From Eledone cirrhosa (taxonomy: Eukaryota): a DNA stretch of 64,000 nt. The stretch's first letter is position 1. Each line of letters opens with the position of its first letter. The stretch is from positions 8,432,001 to 8,496,000 of the forward strand of contig OZ024740.1 of assembly GCA_964016885.1 (NCBI GenBank), read 5' to 3'. Below are positions 30,001 to 43,000 of the stretch, piece by piece. A model generated the notes under the pieces. The model saw nothing but the letters and a program-made list of their open reading frames with translations, was not told the origin of the DNA and did no database searches. A program made the translations under genes and the position numbers.

Positions 30001-33000
30001 TATTGGTATATCAGTTTCGATTGGTATATTAGTTTCGATTAGTATATCAGTTTCTATAGGTATGTTAGTTTCTATTGGTATATCAGTTTTGACTGGTATA
30101 TCAGTTTCGATTAGTATGTCAGTTTCGATTGTTATGTCAGTTTCGATTTGTATATCAGTTCCGATTGGTAAGTCAGTCTCGATTGGTATGTCAGTTTCGA
30201 TTGGTATATCAGTTTAGATTGGTATCTCAGTTTCTATTGTTATATCAGTTTCTATTTGTATGTCAATTAGGATAGGTATATCAGTTTCTATTGGTATATC
30301 AGTTTCGATTAGTATGTCAGTTTCTATTGGTATATCAGTTTCTATTGGTATGTCAGTTTTGAGTGGTATATCAGTTTCGATTGGTATGTTAGTTTCGATT
30401 GGTATGTCAGTTTCGATTGGTATGTCAGTTTCGATTGGTATGTCAGTTTCGATTGGTATGTCAATTTCGATGTGTATATCAGTTTCTATTAGTATGTTAG
30501 TTTCTATTGGAATATCAGTTTCGATTGGTATATCTGTTTCGATTAGTATGTCAGTTTCTATTTGTATGTTTGTTTCGATTAGTATATCAGTTTCTATTGG
30601 TATGTCAGTTTCGATCGGTATGTCAGTTTCAATTGATATATCAGTTTCGATTGGTATATCAGTTTCGATTGGTATATCAGTTTTTATTGGTATGTCAGTT
30701 TCTATTGGTATATCAGTTTCGATTGGTATATCAGTTTCGATTAGTATGTCAGTTTCGATTATTATGTCAGTTTCGATTTGTATATCAGTTCCGATTGGTA
30801 TGTCAGTTTCGATTGGTTATGTCAGTTTCGATTGGTATATCAGTTTCGATTGGTATGTCGGTTTCGATTGGTATGTCAGTTTCGATTAGTATATCAGTTT
30901 ATATTGGTATATCAGTTTCGATTGGTATGTCAGTTTCTATTGGTATGTCAGTTTCGATTGGTATATCAGTTTCGATTGGTATGTCAGTTTCAATTGTTAT
31001 ATCAGTTTCTATTTGTATGTCAATTAGGATAGGTATATCAGTTTCTATTGGTACATCAGTTTCGATTGGTATATCAGTTTCGATTGGTATATCAGTTTCT
31101 ATTGGTATGTCTGTTTCTATTGGTATATCAGTTTCTATTGGTATGTCAGTTTTGATTGGTATATCAGTTTCGATTGGTATGTCAGTTTCGATTGGTATGT
31201 CAGTTTCGATTGGTATATCAGTTCCGATTGGTATGTCAGTTTCGATTGGTATATCAGTTTCGATTGGTTTATCAGTTCCGATTGTTATGTAAGTTTTGAT
31301 TGGTATGTCAGTTTCGATTGGTATATCAGTTTTGATTGGTATATCAGTTTCTATTGGTATGTCAGTTTCTATTGGTATGTCAGTTTCTATTGGTATATCA
31401 GTTTCGATTGGTATATCAGTTTCGATTGATATATCAGTTTCGAATATTATGTCAGTTTCTACTGGTATGTCAGTTTCGATTGGTATATCAGTTCCGATTG
31501 GTATGTCAGTTTCGATTGGTATGTCAGTTTCGATTGGTATATCAGTTTCGATTGGTATGTAAGTTTCGATTAGTATGTCAATTTTAATTGGTATATCAGT
31601 TTCTATTGGTATGTCAGTTTCGAGTGGTATGTCAGTTTCTATTGGTATATAAGTTTCGATTGATATATCAGTTTCGATTAGTATATCAGTTTCTATTGGT
31701 ATGTCAGTTTTGATTGGTATATCAGTTTCGATTGGTATGTCAGTTTCGATTGGTATGTCAGTTTCGATTGGTATGTCAGTTTCGATTGGTATGTCAATTT
31801 CGATGTGTATATCAGTTTCTATTAGTATGTTAGTTTCTATTGGAATATCAGTTTCGATTGGTATATCTGTTTCGATTAGTATGTCAGTTTCTATTTGTAT
31901 GTTAGTTTCGATTGGTATATCAGTTTCTATTGGTATGTCAGTTTCGATCGGTATGTCAGTTTCTATTGATATATCAGTTTCGATTGGTATATCAGTTTCG
32001 ATTGGTATATCAGTTTCTATTGGTATGTCAGTTTCTATTGGTATATCAGTTTCTATTGGTATGTCAGTTTTGATTGGTATATCAGTTTCGATTGGTATGT
32101 CAGTTTCGATTGGTATGTCAGTTTCGATTGGTATATCAGTTTCGATTGGTATGTCAGTTTCGATCGGTATGTCAATTTCGATTGGTATATCAGTTTCGAT
32201 TTGTATATCAGTTCCTATTGCTATATCTGTTTCTATTGGTATGTCAGTTTCTAATGGTATGTCAGTTTCGATTGGTATGTCAGTTTCGATTGGTTTATCA
32301 GTTCCGATTGGTATGTAAGTTTTGATTGGTATGTCAGTTTCGATTGGTATATCAGTTTTGATTGGTATATCAGTTTCTATTGGTATGTCAGTTTCTATTG
32401 GTATGTCAGTTTCTATTGGTATATCAGTTTCGATTGGTATATCAGTTTCGATTGATATATCAGTTTCGAATATTATGTCAGTTTCTACTGGTATGTCAGT
32501 TTCGATTGGTATATCAGTTCCGATTGGTATGTCAGTTTCGATTGGTATGTCAGTTTCGATTGGTGTATCAGTTTCGATTGGTATGTAAGTTTCGATTGGT
32601 ATGTCAATTTCAATTGGTATATCAGTTTCTATTGGTATGTCAGTTTCGAGTGGTATGTCAGTTTCTATTGGTATATAAGTTTCGATTGATATATCAGTTT
32701 CGATTAGTATATCAGTTTCTATTGGTATGTCAGTTTTGATTGGTATATCAGTTTCGATTGGTATGTCAGTTTCGATTGGTATGTCAGTTTCGATTGGTAT
32801 GTCAGTTTCGATTGGTATGTCAATTTCGATGTGTATATCAGTTTCTATTAGTATGTTAGTTTCTATTGGAATATCAGTTTCGATTGGTATATCTGTTTCG
32901 ATTAGTATGTCAGTTTCTATTTGTATGTTAGTTTCGATTGGTATATCAGTTTCTATTGGTATGTCAGTTTCGATCGGTATGTCAGTTTCTATTGATATAT

Positions 33001-36000
33001 CAGTTTCGATTGGTATATCAGTTTCGATTGGTATATCAGTCTCTATTGGTATGTCAGTTTCTATTGGTATATCAGTTTCTATTGGTATGTCAGTTTTGAT
33101 TGGTATATCAGTTTCGATTGGTATGTCAGTTTCGATTGGTATGTCAGTTTCGATTGGTATATCAGTTTCAATTGGTATGTCAGTTTCGATCGGTATGTCA
33201 ATTTCGATTGGTATATCAGTTTCGATTTGTATATCAGTTCCTATTGCTATATCTGTTTCTATTGGTATGTCAGTTTCAATTGGTATGTCAGTTTCGATTG
33301 GTATGTCAGTTTCGATTGGTTTATCAGTTCCGATTGGTATGTAAGTTTTGATTGGTATGTCAGTTTCGATTGATATATCAGTTTCGATTGGTATATCAGT
33401 TTCTATTGGTATGTCAGTTTCTATTGGTATGTCCGTTTCTATTGGTATATCAGTTTCGATTGGTATATCAGTTTCGATTGATATATCAGTTTCGAATAGT
33501 ATGACAGTTTCTACTGGTATGTCAGTTTCGATTAGTATATCAGTTTCTATTGGTATGTCAGTTTCTATTGGTATATCAGTTTCGATTGGTATATCAGTTT
33601 CGATTAGTATGTCAGTTTCTATTAGTATGTTAGTTTCGATTAGTATATCAGTTTCTATTGGTATGTCAGTCTCGATCGGTATGTCAGTTTCTATTGGTAT
33701 ATCAGTTTCTATTGGTATGTCAGTTTTGATTTGTATATCAGTTTCGATTGGTATGTCAGTTTCGATTCGTATGTCAGTTTCGATTTGTATATCAGTTCCG
33801 ATTGGTATATCAGTTTCGATTTGTATGTCAGTTTCGATTGGTATGTCAATTTCGATTGGTATATCAGTTTCTATTGGTATATCAGTTTCTAATGGTATGT
33901 CAATTTCTATTGGTATATCAGATTCGATTGGTATATCACTTTCGATTAGTATGTCAGTTTCTATTGGTATGTCAGTTTTGATTGGTATATCAGTTTCAAT
34001 TGGTATGTCAGTTTCGATTGGTATGTCAGTTTCGATTGGTTTATCAGTTTCAATTGGTATGTAAGTTTTGATTGGTATGTCAGTTTCGATCGGGATGTCA
34101 GTTTCGATTGGTATATCATTTTCTATTGGTATGTCAGTTTCGATTGGTATATCAATTTCGATTTGTATATCAGTTCCTATTGCTATATCAGTTTCTATTG
34201 GTATGTCAGTTTCAATTGGTATGTAAGTTTCGATTGGTATATCAGTTTCGATTGGTATGTCAATTTCAATTAGTATGTCAGTTTCTATTGCTATATCAGT
34301 TTCGATTGGTATGTCAGTTTCGATTAGTATATCAGTTTCTATAGGTATGTCAGTTTCTATTGTTATATCAGTTTCGATTGGTATATCTGTTTCGATGGCA
34401 TGTCAGTTTCGATTGGTATATCAGTTTCTATTGGTATATCAGTTTCGATTGGTATGTCAGTTTCTATTGGTATGTCAATTTCGATTGGTATATAAGTTTA
34501 GATTACTATGTCAGTTTCTATTGGTATATCAGTTTCGATTGGTATATTAGTTTCGATTAGTATATCAGTTTCTATAGGTATGTTAGTTTCTATTGGTATA
34601 TCAGTTTTGACTGGTATATCAGTTTCGATTAGTATGTCAGTTTCGATTGTTATGTCAGTTTCGATTTGTATATCAGTTCCGATTGGTAAGTCAGTCTCGA
34701 TTGGTATGTCAGTTTCGATTGGTATATCAGTTTAGATTGGTATCTCAGTTTCTATTGTTATATCAGTTTCTATTTGTATGTCAATTAGGATAGGTATATC
34801 AGTTTCTATTGGTATATCAGTTTCGATTAGTATGTCAGTTTCTATTGGTATATCAGTTTCTATTGGTATGTCAGTTTTGAGTGGTATATCAGTTTCGATT
34901 GGTATGTTAGTTTCGATTGGTATGTCAGTTTCGATTGGTATGTCAGTTTCGATTGGTATGTCAGTTTCGATTGGTATGTCAATTTCGATGTGTATATCAG
35001 TTTCTATTAGTATGTTAGTTTCTATTGGAATATCAGTTTCGATTGGTATATCTGTTTCGATTAGTATGTCAGTTTCTATTTGTATGTTTGTTTCGATTAG
35101 TATATCAGTTTCTATTGGTATGTCAGTTTCGATCGGTATGTCAGTTTCAATTGATATATCAGTTTCGATTGGTATATCAGTTTCGATTGGTATATCAGTT
35201 TTTATTGGTATGTCAGTTTCTATTGGTATATCAGTTTCGATTGGTATATCAGTTTCGATTAGTATGTCAGTTTCGATTATTATGTCAGTTTCGATTTGTA
35301 TATCAGTTCCGATTGGTATGTCAGTTTCGATTGGTTATGTCAGTTTCGATTGGTATATCAGTTTCGATTGGTATGTCGGTTTCGATTGGTATGTCAGTTT
35401 CGATTAGTATATCAGTTTATATTGGTATATCAGTTTCGATTGGTATGTCAGTTTCTATTGGTATGTCAGTTTCGATTGGTATATCAGTTTCGATTGGTAT
35501 GTCAGTTTCAATTGTTATATCAGTTTCTATTTGTATGTCAATTAGGATAGGTATATCAGTTTCTATTGGTACATCAGTTTCGATTGGTATATCAGTTTCG
35601 ATTGGTATATCAGTTTCTATTGGTATGTCTGTTTCTATTGGTATATCAGTTTCTATTGGTATGTCAGTTTTGATTGGTATATCAGTTTCGATTGGTATGT
35701 CAGTTTCGATTGGTATGTCAGTTTCGATTGGTATATCAGTTCCGATTGGTATGTCAGTTTCGATTGGTATATCAGTTTCGATTGGTTTATCAGTTCCGAT
35801 TGTTATGTAAGTTTTGATTGGTATGTCAGTTTCGATTGGTATATCAGTTTTGATTGGTATATCAGTTTCTATTGGTATGTCAGTTTCTATTGGTATGTCA
35901 GTTTCTATTGGTATATCAGTTTCGATTGGTATATCAGTTTCGATTGATATATCAGTTTCGAATATTATGTCAGTTTCTACTGGTATGTCAGTTTCGATTG

Positions 36001-39000
36001 GTATATCAGTTCCGATTGGTATGTCAGTTTCGATTGGTATGTCAGTTTCGATTGGTATATCAGTTTCGATTGGTATGTAAGTTTCGATTAGTATGTCAAT
36101 TTTAATTGGTATATCAGTTTCTATTGGTATGTCAGTTTCGAGTGGTATGTCAGTTTCTATTGGTATATAAGTTTCGATTGATATATCAGTTTCGATTAGT
36201 ATATCAGTTTCTATTGGTATGTCAGTTTTGATTGGTATATCAGTTTCGATTGGTATGTCAGTTTCGATTGGTATGTCAGTTTCGATTGGTATGTCAGTTT
36301 CGATTGGTATGTCAATTTCGATGTGTATATCAGTTTCTATTAGTATGTTAGTTTCTATTGGAATATCAGTTTCGATTGGTATATCTGTTTCGATTAGTAT
36401 GTCAGTTTCTATTTGTATGTTAGTTTCGATTGGTATATCAGTTTCTATTGGTATGTCAGTTTCGATCGGTATGTCAGTTTCTATTGATATATCAGTTTCG
36501 ATTGGTATATCAGTTTCGATTGGTATATCAGTTTCTATTGGTATGTCAGTTTCTATTGGTATATCAGTTTCTATTGGTATGTCAGTTTTGATTGGTATAT
36601 CAGTTTCGATTGGTATGTCAGTTTCGATTGGTATGTCAGTTTCGATTGGTATATCAGTTTCGATTGGTATGTCAGTTTCGATCGGTATGTCAATTTCGAT
36701 TGGTATATCAGTTTCGATTTGTATATCAGTTCCTATTGCTATATCTGTTTCTATTGGTATGTCAGTTTCTAATGGTATGTCAGTTTCGATTGGTATGTCA
36801 GTTTCGATTGGTTTATCAGTTCCGATTGGTATGTAAGTTTTGATTGGTATGTCAGTTTCGATTGGTATATCAGTTTTGATTGGTATATCAGTTTCTATTG
36901 GTATGTCAGTTTCTATTGGTATGTCAGTTTCTATTGGTATATCAGTTTCGATTGGTATATCAGTTTCGATTGATATATCAGTTTCGAATATTATGTCAGT
37001 TTCTACTGGTATGTCAGTTTCGATTGGTATATCAGTTCCGATTGGTATGTCAGTTTCGATTGGTATGTCAGTTTCGATTGGTGTATCAGTTTCGATTGGT
37101 ATGTAAGTTTCGATTGGTATGTCAATTTCAATTGGTATATCAGTTTCTATTGGTATGTCAGTTTCGAGTGGTATGTCAGTTTCTATTGGTATATAAGTTT
37201 CGATTGATATATCAGTTTCGATTAGTATATCAGTTTCTATTGGTATGTCAGTTTTGATTGGTATATCAGTTTCGATTGGTATGTCAGTTTCGATTGGTAT
37301 GTCAGTTTCGATTGGTATGTCAGTTTCGATTGGTATGTCAATTTCGATGTGTATATCAGTTTCTATTAGTATGTTAGTTTCTATTGGAATATCAGTTTCG
37401 ATTGGTATATCTGTTTCGATTAGTATGTCAGTTTCTATTTGTATGTTAGTTTCGATTGGTATATCAGTTTCTATTGGTATGTCAGTTTCGATCGGTATGT
37501 CAGTTTCTATTGATATATCAGTTTCGATTGGTATATCAGTTTCGATTGGTATATCAGTCTCTATTGGTATGTCAGTTTCTATTGGTATATCAGTTTCTAT
37601 TGGTATGTCAGTTTTGATTGGTATATCAGTTTCGATTGGTATGTCAGTTTCGATTGGTATGTCAGTTTCGATTGGTATATCAGTTTCAATTGGTATGTCA
37701 GTTTCGATCGGTATGTCAATTTCGATTGGTATATCAGTTTCGATTTGTATATCAGTTCCTATTGCTATATCTGTTTCTATTGGTATGTCAGTTTCAATTG
37801 GTATGTCAGTTTCGATTGGTATGTCAGTTTCGATTGGTTTATCAGTTCCGATTGGTATGTAAGTTTTGATTGGTATGTCAGTTTCGATTGATATATCAGT
37901 TTCGATTGGTATATCAGTTTCTATTGGTATGTCAGTTTCTATTGGTATGTCCGTTTCTATTGGTATATCAGTTTCGATTGGTATATCAGTTTCGATTGAT
38001 ATATCAGTTTCGAATAGTATGACAGTTTCTACTGGTATGTCAGTTTCGATTAGTATATCAGTTTCTATTGGTATGTCAGTTTCTATTGGTATATCAGTTT
38101 CGATTGGTATATCAGTTTCGATTAGTATGTCAGTTTCTATTAGTATGTTAGTTTCGATTAGTATATCAGTTTCTATTGGTATGTCAGTCTCGATCGGTAT
38201 GTCAGTTTCTATTGGTATATCAGTTTCTATTGGTATGTCAGTTTTGATTTGTATATCAGTTTCGATTGGTATGTCAGTTTCGATTCGTATGTCAGTTTCG
38301 ATTTGTATATCAGTTCCGATTGGTATATCAGTTTCGATTTGTATGTCAGTTTCGATTGGTATGTCAATTTCGATTGGTATATCAGTTTCTATTGGTATAT
38401 CAGTTTCTAATGGTATGTCAATTTCTATTGGTATATCAGATTCGATTGGTATATCACTTTCGATTAGTATGTCAGTTTCTATTGGTATGTCAGTTTTGAT
38501 TGGTATATCAGTTTCAATTGGTATGTCAGTTTCGATTGGTATGTCAGTTTCGATTGGTTTATCAGTTTCAATTGGTATGTAAGTTTTGATTGGTATGTCA
38601 GTTTCGATCGGGATGTCAGTTTCGATTGGTATATCATTTTCTATTGGTATGTCAGTTTCGATTGGTATATCAATTTCGATTTGTATATCAGTTCCTATTG
38701 CTATATCAGTTTCTATTGGTATGTCAGTTTCAATTGGTATGTAAGTTTCGATTGGTATATCAGTTTCGATTTCTATATCAGTTTCGATTGGTATGTCAGT
38801 TTCGATTAGTATATCAGTTTCTATAGGTATGTCAGTTTCTATTGTTATATCAGTTTCGATTGGTATATCTGTTTCGATGGCATGTCAGTTTCGATTGGTA
38901 TATCAGTTTCTATTGGTATATCAGTTTCGATTGGTATGTCAGTTTCTATTGGTATGTCAATTTCGATTGGTATATAAGTTTAGATTACTATGTCAGTTTC

Positions 39001-40050
39001 TATTGGTATATCAGTTTCGATTGGTATATTAGTTTCGATTAGTATATCAGTTTCTATAGGTATGTTAGTTTCTATTGGTATATCAGTTTTGACTGGTATA
39101 TCAGTTTCGATTAGTATGTCAGTTTCGATTGTTATGTCAGTTTCGATTTGTATATCAGTTCCGATTGGTAAGTCAGTCTCGATTGGTATGTCAGTTTCGA
39201 TTGGTATATCAGTTTAGATTGGTATCTCAGTTTCTATTGTTATATCAGTTTCTATTTGTATGTCAATTAGGATAGGTATATCAGTTTCTATTGGTATATC
39301 AGTTTCGATTAGTATGTCAGTTTCTATTGGTATATCAGTTTCTATTGGTATGTCAGTTTTGAGTGGTATATCAGTTTCGATTGGTATGTTAGTTTCGATT
39401 GGTATGTCAGTTTCGATTGGTATGTCAGTTTCGATTGGTATGTCAGTTTCGATTGGTATGTCAATTTCGATGTGTATATCAGTTTCTATTAGTATGTTAG
39501 TTTCTATTGGAATATCAGTTTCGATTGGTATATCTGTTTCGATTAGTATGTCAGTTTCTATTTGTATGTTTGTTTCGATTAGTATATCAGTTTCTATTGG
39601 TATGTCAGTTTCGATCGGTATGTCAGTTTCAATTGATATATCAGTTTCGATTGGTATATCAGTTTCGATTGGTATATCAGTTTCTATTGGTATGTCAGTT
39701 TCTATTGGTATATCAGTTTCGATTGGTATATCAGTTTCGATTAGTATGTCAGTTTCGATTATTATGTCAGTTTCGATTTGTATATCAGTTCCGATTGGTA
39801 TGTCAGTTTCGATTGGTTATGTCAGTTTCGATTGGTATATCAGTTTCGATTGGTATGTCGGTTTCGATTGGTATGTCAGTTTCGATTAGTATATCAGTTT
39901 ATATTGGTATATCAGTTTCGATTGGTATGTCAGTTTCTATTGGTATGTCAGTTTCGATTGGTATATCAGTTTCGATTGGTATGTCAGTTTCAATTGTTAT
40001 ATCAGTTTCTATTTGTATGTCAATTAGGATAGGTATGTCAGTTTCTATTG
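24100..40050. repeat. Higher-order repeat block, 4518-bp unit (251 monomers) with an internal 1026-bp (57-monomer) sub-repeat and one shortened 2754-bp copy
   Basis: ORF offsets 27506/30260/34778/39260 (2754, 4518, 4482) and 24429/31701/36219 (7272, 4518). The sub-repeat shows as 24429/25455, 31701/32727 and 36219/37245 (1026). Boundaries are approximate. Confidence 0.9.
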
Positions 40051-43000
40051 GTATATCAGTTTCGATTGGTATATCAGTTTCGATTGGTATATCAGTTTCT
40101 ATTGGTATGTCTGTTTCTATTGGTATATCAGTTTCTATTGGTATGTCAGTTTTGATTGGTATATCAGTTTCGATTGGTATGTCAGTTTCGATTGGTATGT
40201 CAGTTTCGATTGGTATATCAGTTCCGATTGGTATGTCAGTTTCGATTGGTATGTCAGTTTCGATTGGTATATCAGTTTCGATTGGTATGTAAGTTTCGAT
40301 TGGTATGTCAATTTCAATTGGTATATCAGTTTCTATTGGTATGTCAGTTTCGAGTGGTATGTCAGTTTCTATTGGTATATAAGTTTCGATTGATATATCA
40401 GTTTCGATTAGTATGTCAGTTTCTACTGGTATGTCAGTAACGATATTAGTATATCAGTTTCTATTAGTATGTCAGTTTCGATTGGTATATCAGTTTCGAT
40501 TTGTATATCAGTTTCGATTGGTATATCAGTTTCTATTGGTATGTCAGTTTCTATTGGTATGTCAGTTTCTATTGGTATATCAGTTTCGATTGGTATATCA
40601 GTTTCGATTGATATATCAGTTTCGAATAGTATGTCAGTTTCTACTGGTATGTCAGTTTTGATTAGTATATCAGTTTCTATTGGTATGTCAGTTTCGATTG
40701 GTATATCAGTTTCGATTTGTATATCAGTTCCTATTGCTATATCAATTTCTATTGGTATGTCAGATTCAATTGGTATGTAAGTTTCGATTGATGTATCAGT
40801 TTCGATTGGTATGTCAGTTTCGATTGGTATATCAGTTTCGATTGGTATGTCAATTTCAATTAGTATATCAGTTTCTATTGGTATATCAGTTTCGATTTGT
40901 ATATCAGTTTCTATAGGTATGTCAATTTCTATTGGTATATCTGTTTCTATTGCTATATCAGTTTCGATTGATATATCAGTTTCGATTAGTATGTCAGTTT
41001 CTACTGGTATGTCAGTTTCGATTATTATATCAGTTTCTATTGGTATGTCATTTTCTATTGGTATATCAGTTTCGATTGGTATATCAGTTCCGATTGGTAT
41101 GTCAGTTTCGATTGGTATGTCAGTTTCGATTGGTATATCAGTTTCGATTTGTATATCAGTTCCGATTGGTATGTCAGTTTCGATTGGTATGTCAGTTTCG
41201 ATTGGTATATCAGTTTCAATTGGTATGTCAGTTTCGATTGGTATGTCAATTTCGATTGGTATATCAGTTTCTATAGGTATGTCAGTTTCGATTGTTATGT
41301 CAGGTTCTATTGGTATATAAGTTTCGATTGGTATATCAGCTTCGATTAGTATATCAATTTCTATTGGTATGTCAGTTTCGATTAGTATATTAGTTTCTAT
41401 TGGTATGTCAGTTTCTAATGGTATGTCAGTTTCGATTAGTATATCAGTTTATATTACTATATCAGTTTCGATTGGTATGTCAGTTTCTATTGTTACATCA
41501 GTTTCTATTTGTATGTCAGTTAGGATAGGTATGTCAGTTTCTATTGGTATATCAGTTTCGATTGGTATGTCTGTTTCTATTGGTATGTCAGTTTCTATTG
41601 GTATATCAGTTTCGATTGGTATATCAGTTTCGATTGGTATGTCAGTTTCGATTGGTATATCAGTTTCGATTGGTATGTCAATTTCAATTAGTATGTCAGT
41701 TTCTATTAGTATATCAGTTTCGATTGGTATGTCAGTTTCGATTAGTATCTCAGTTTCTATAGGTATGTCAGTTTCTATTGTTATATCAGTTTCTATTGGT
41801 TTGTCAATTTCAATTAGTATATCAGTTTCTATTGGTATATAAGTTTCGATTGATATATCAGTTTCGATTAGTATGTCAGTTTCTACTGGTATGTCAGTAA
41901 CGATATTAGTATATCAGTTTCTATTAGTATGTCAGTTTCGATTGGTATATCAGTTTCGATTTGTATATCAGTTTCGATTGGTATATCAGTTTCTATTGGT
42001 ATGTCAGTTTCTATTGGTATGTCAGTTTCTATTGGTATATCAGTTTCGATTGGTATATCAGTTTCGATTGATATATCAGTTTCGAATAGTATGTCAGTTT
42101 CTACTGGTATGTCAGTTTTGATTAGTATATCAGTTTCTATTGGTATGTCAGTTTCGATTGGTATATCAGTTTCGATTTGTATATCAGTTCCTATAGCTAT
42201 ATCAGTTTCTATTGGTATGTCAGTTTCAATTGGTATGTAAGTTTCGATTGATGTATCAGTTTCGATTGGTATGTCAGTTTCGATTGGTATATTAGTTTCG
42301 ATTGGTTTGTCAATTTCAATTAGTATATCAGTTTCTATTGGTATATCAGTTTCGATTTGTATGTCAGTTTCGATTAGTATATCAGTTTCTATAGGTATGT
42401 CAATTTCGATTGGTATATCAGTTTCTATTGGTATATCAGTTTCGATTGATATATCAGTTTCGATTAGTATGTCAGTTTCTACTGGTATGTCAGTTTCGAT
42501 TAGTATATCAGTATCTATTGGTATGTCAGTTTCGATTGGTATATCAGTTTCGATTTGTATATCAGTTCCTATTGCTATATCAATTTCTATTGGTATGTCA
42601 GATTCAATTGGTATGTAAGTTTCGATTGATGTATCAGTTTCGATTGGTATGTCAGTTTCGATTGGTATATCAGTTTCGATTGGTATGTCAATTTCAATTA
42701 GTATATCAGTTTCTATTGGTATATCAGTTTCGATTTGTATATCAGTTTCTATAGGTATGTCAATTTCTATTGGTATATCTGTTTCTATTGCTATATCAGT
42801 TTCGATTGATATATCAGTTTCGATTAGTATGTCAGTTTCTACTGGTATGTCAGTTTCGATTATTATATCAGTTTCTATTGGTATGTCATTTTCTATTGGT
42901 ATATCAGTTTCGATTGGTATATCAGTTCCGATTGGTATGTCAGTTTCGTTTGGTATGTCAGTTTCGATTGGTATATCAGTTTCGATTTGTATATCAGTTC

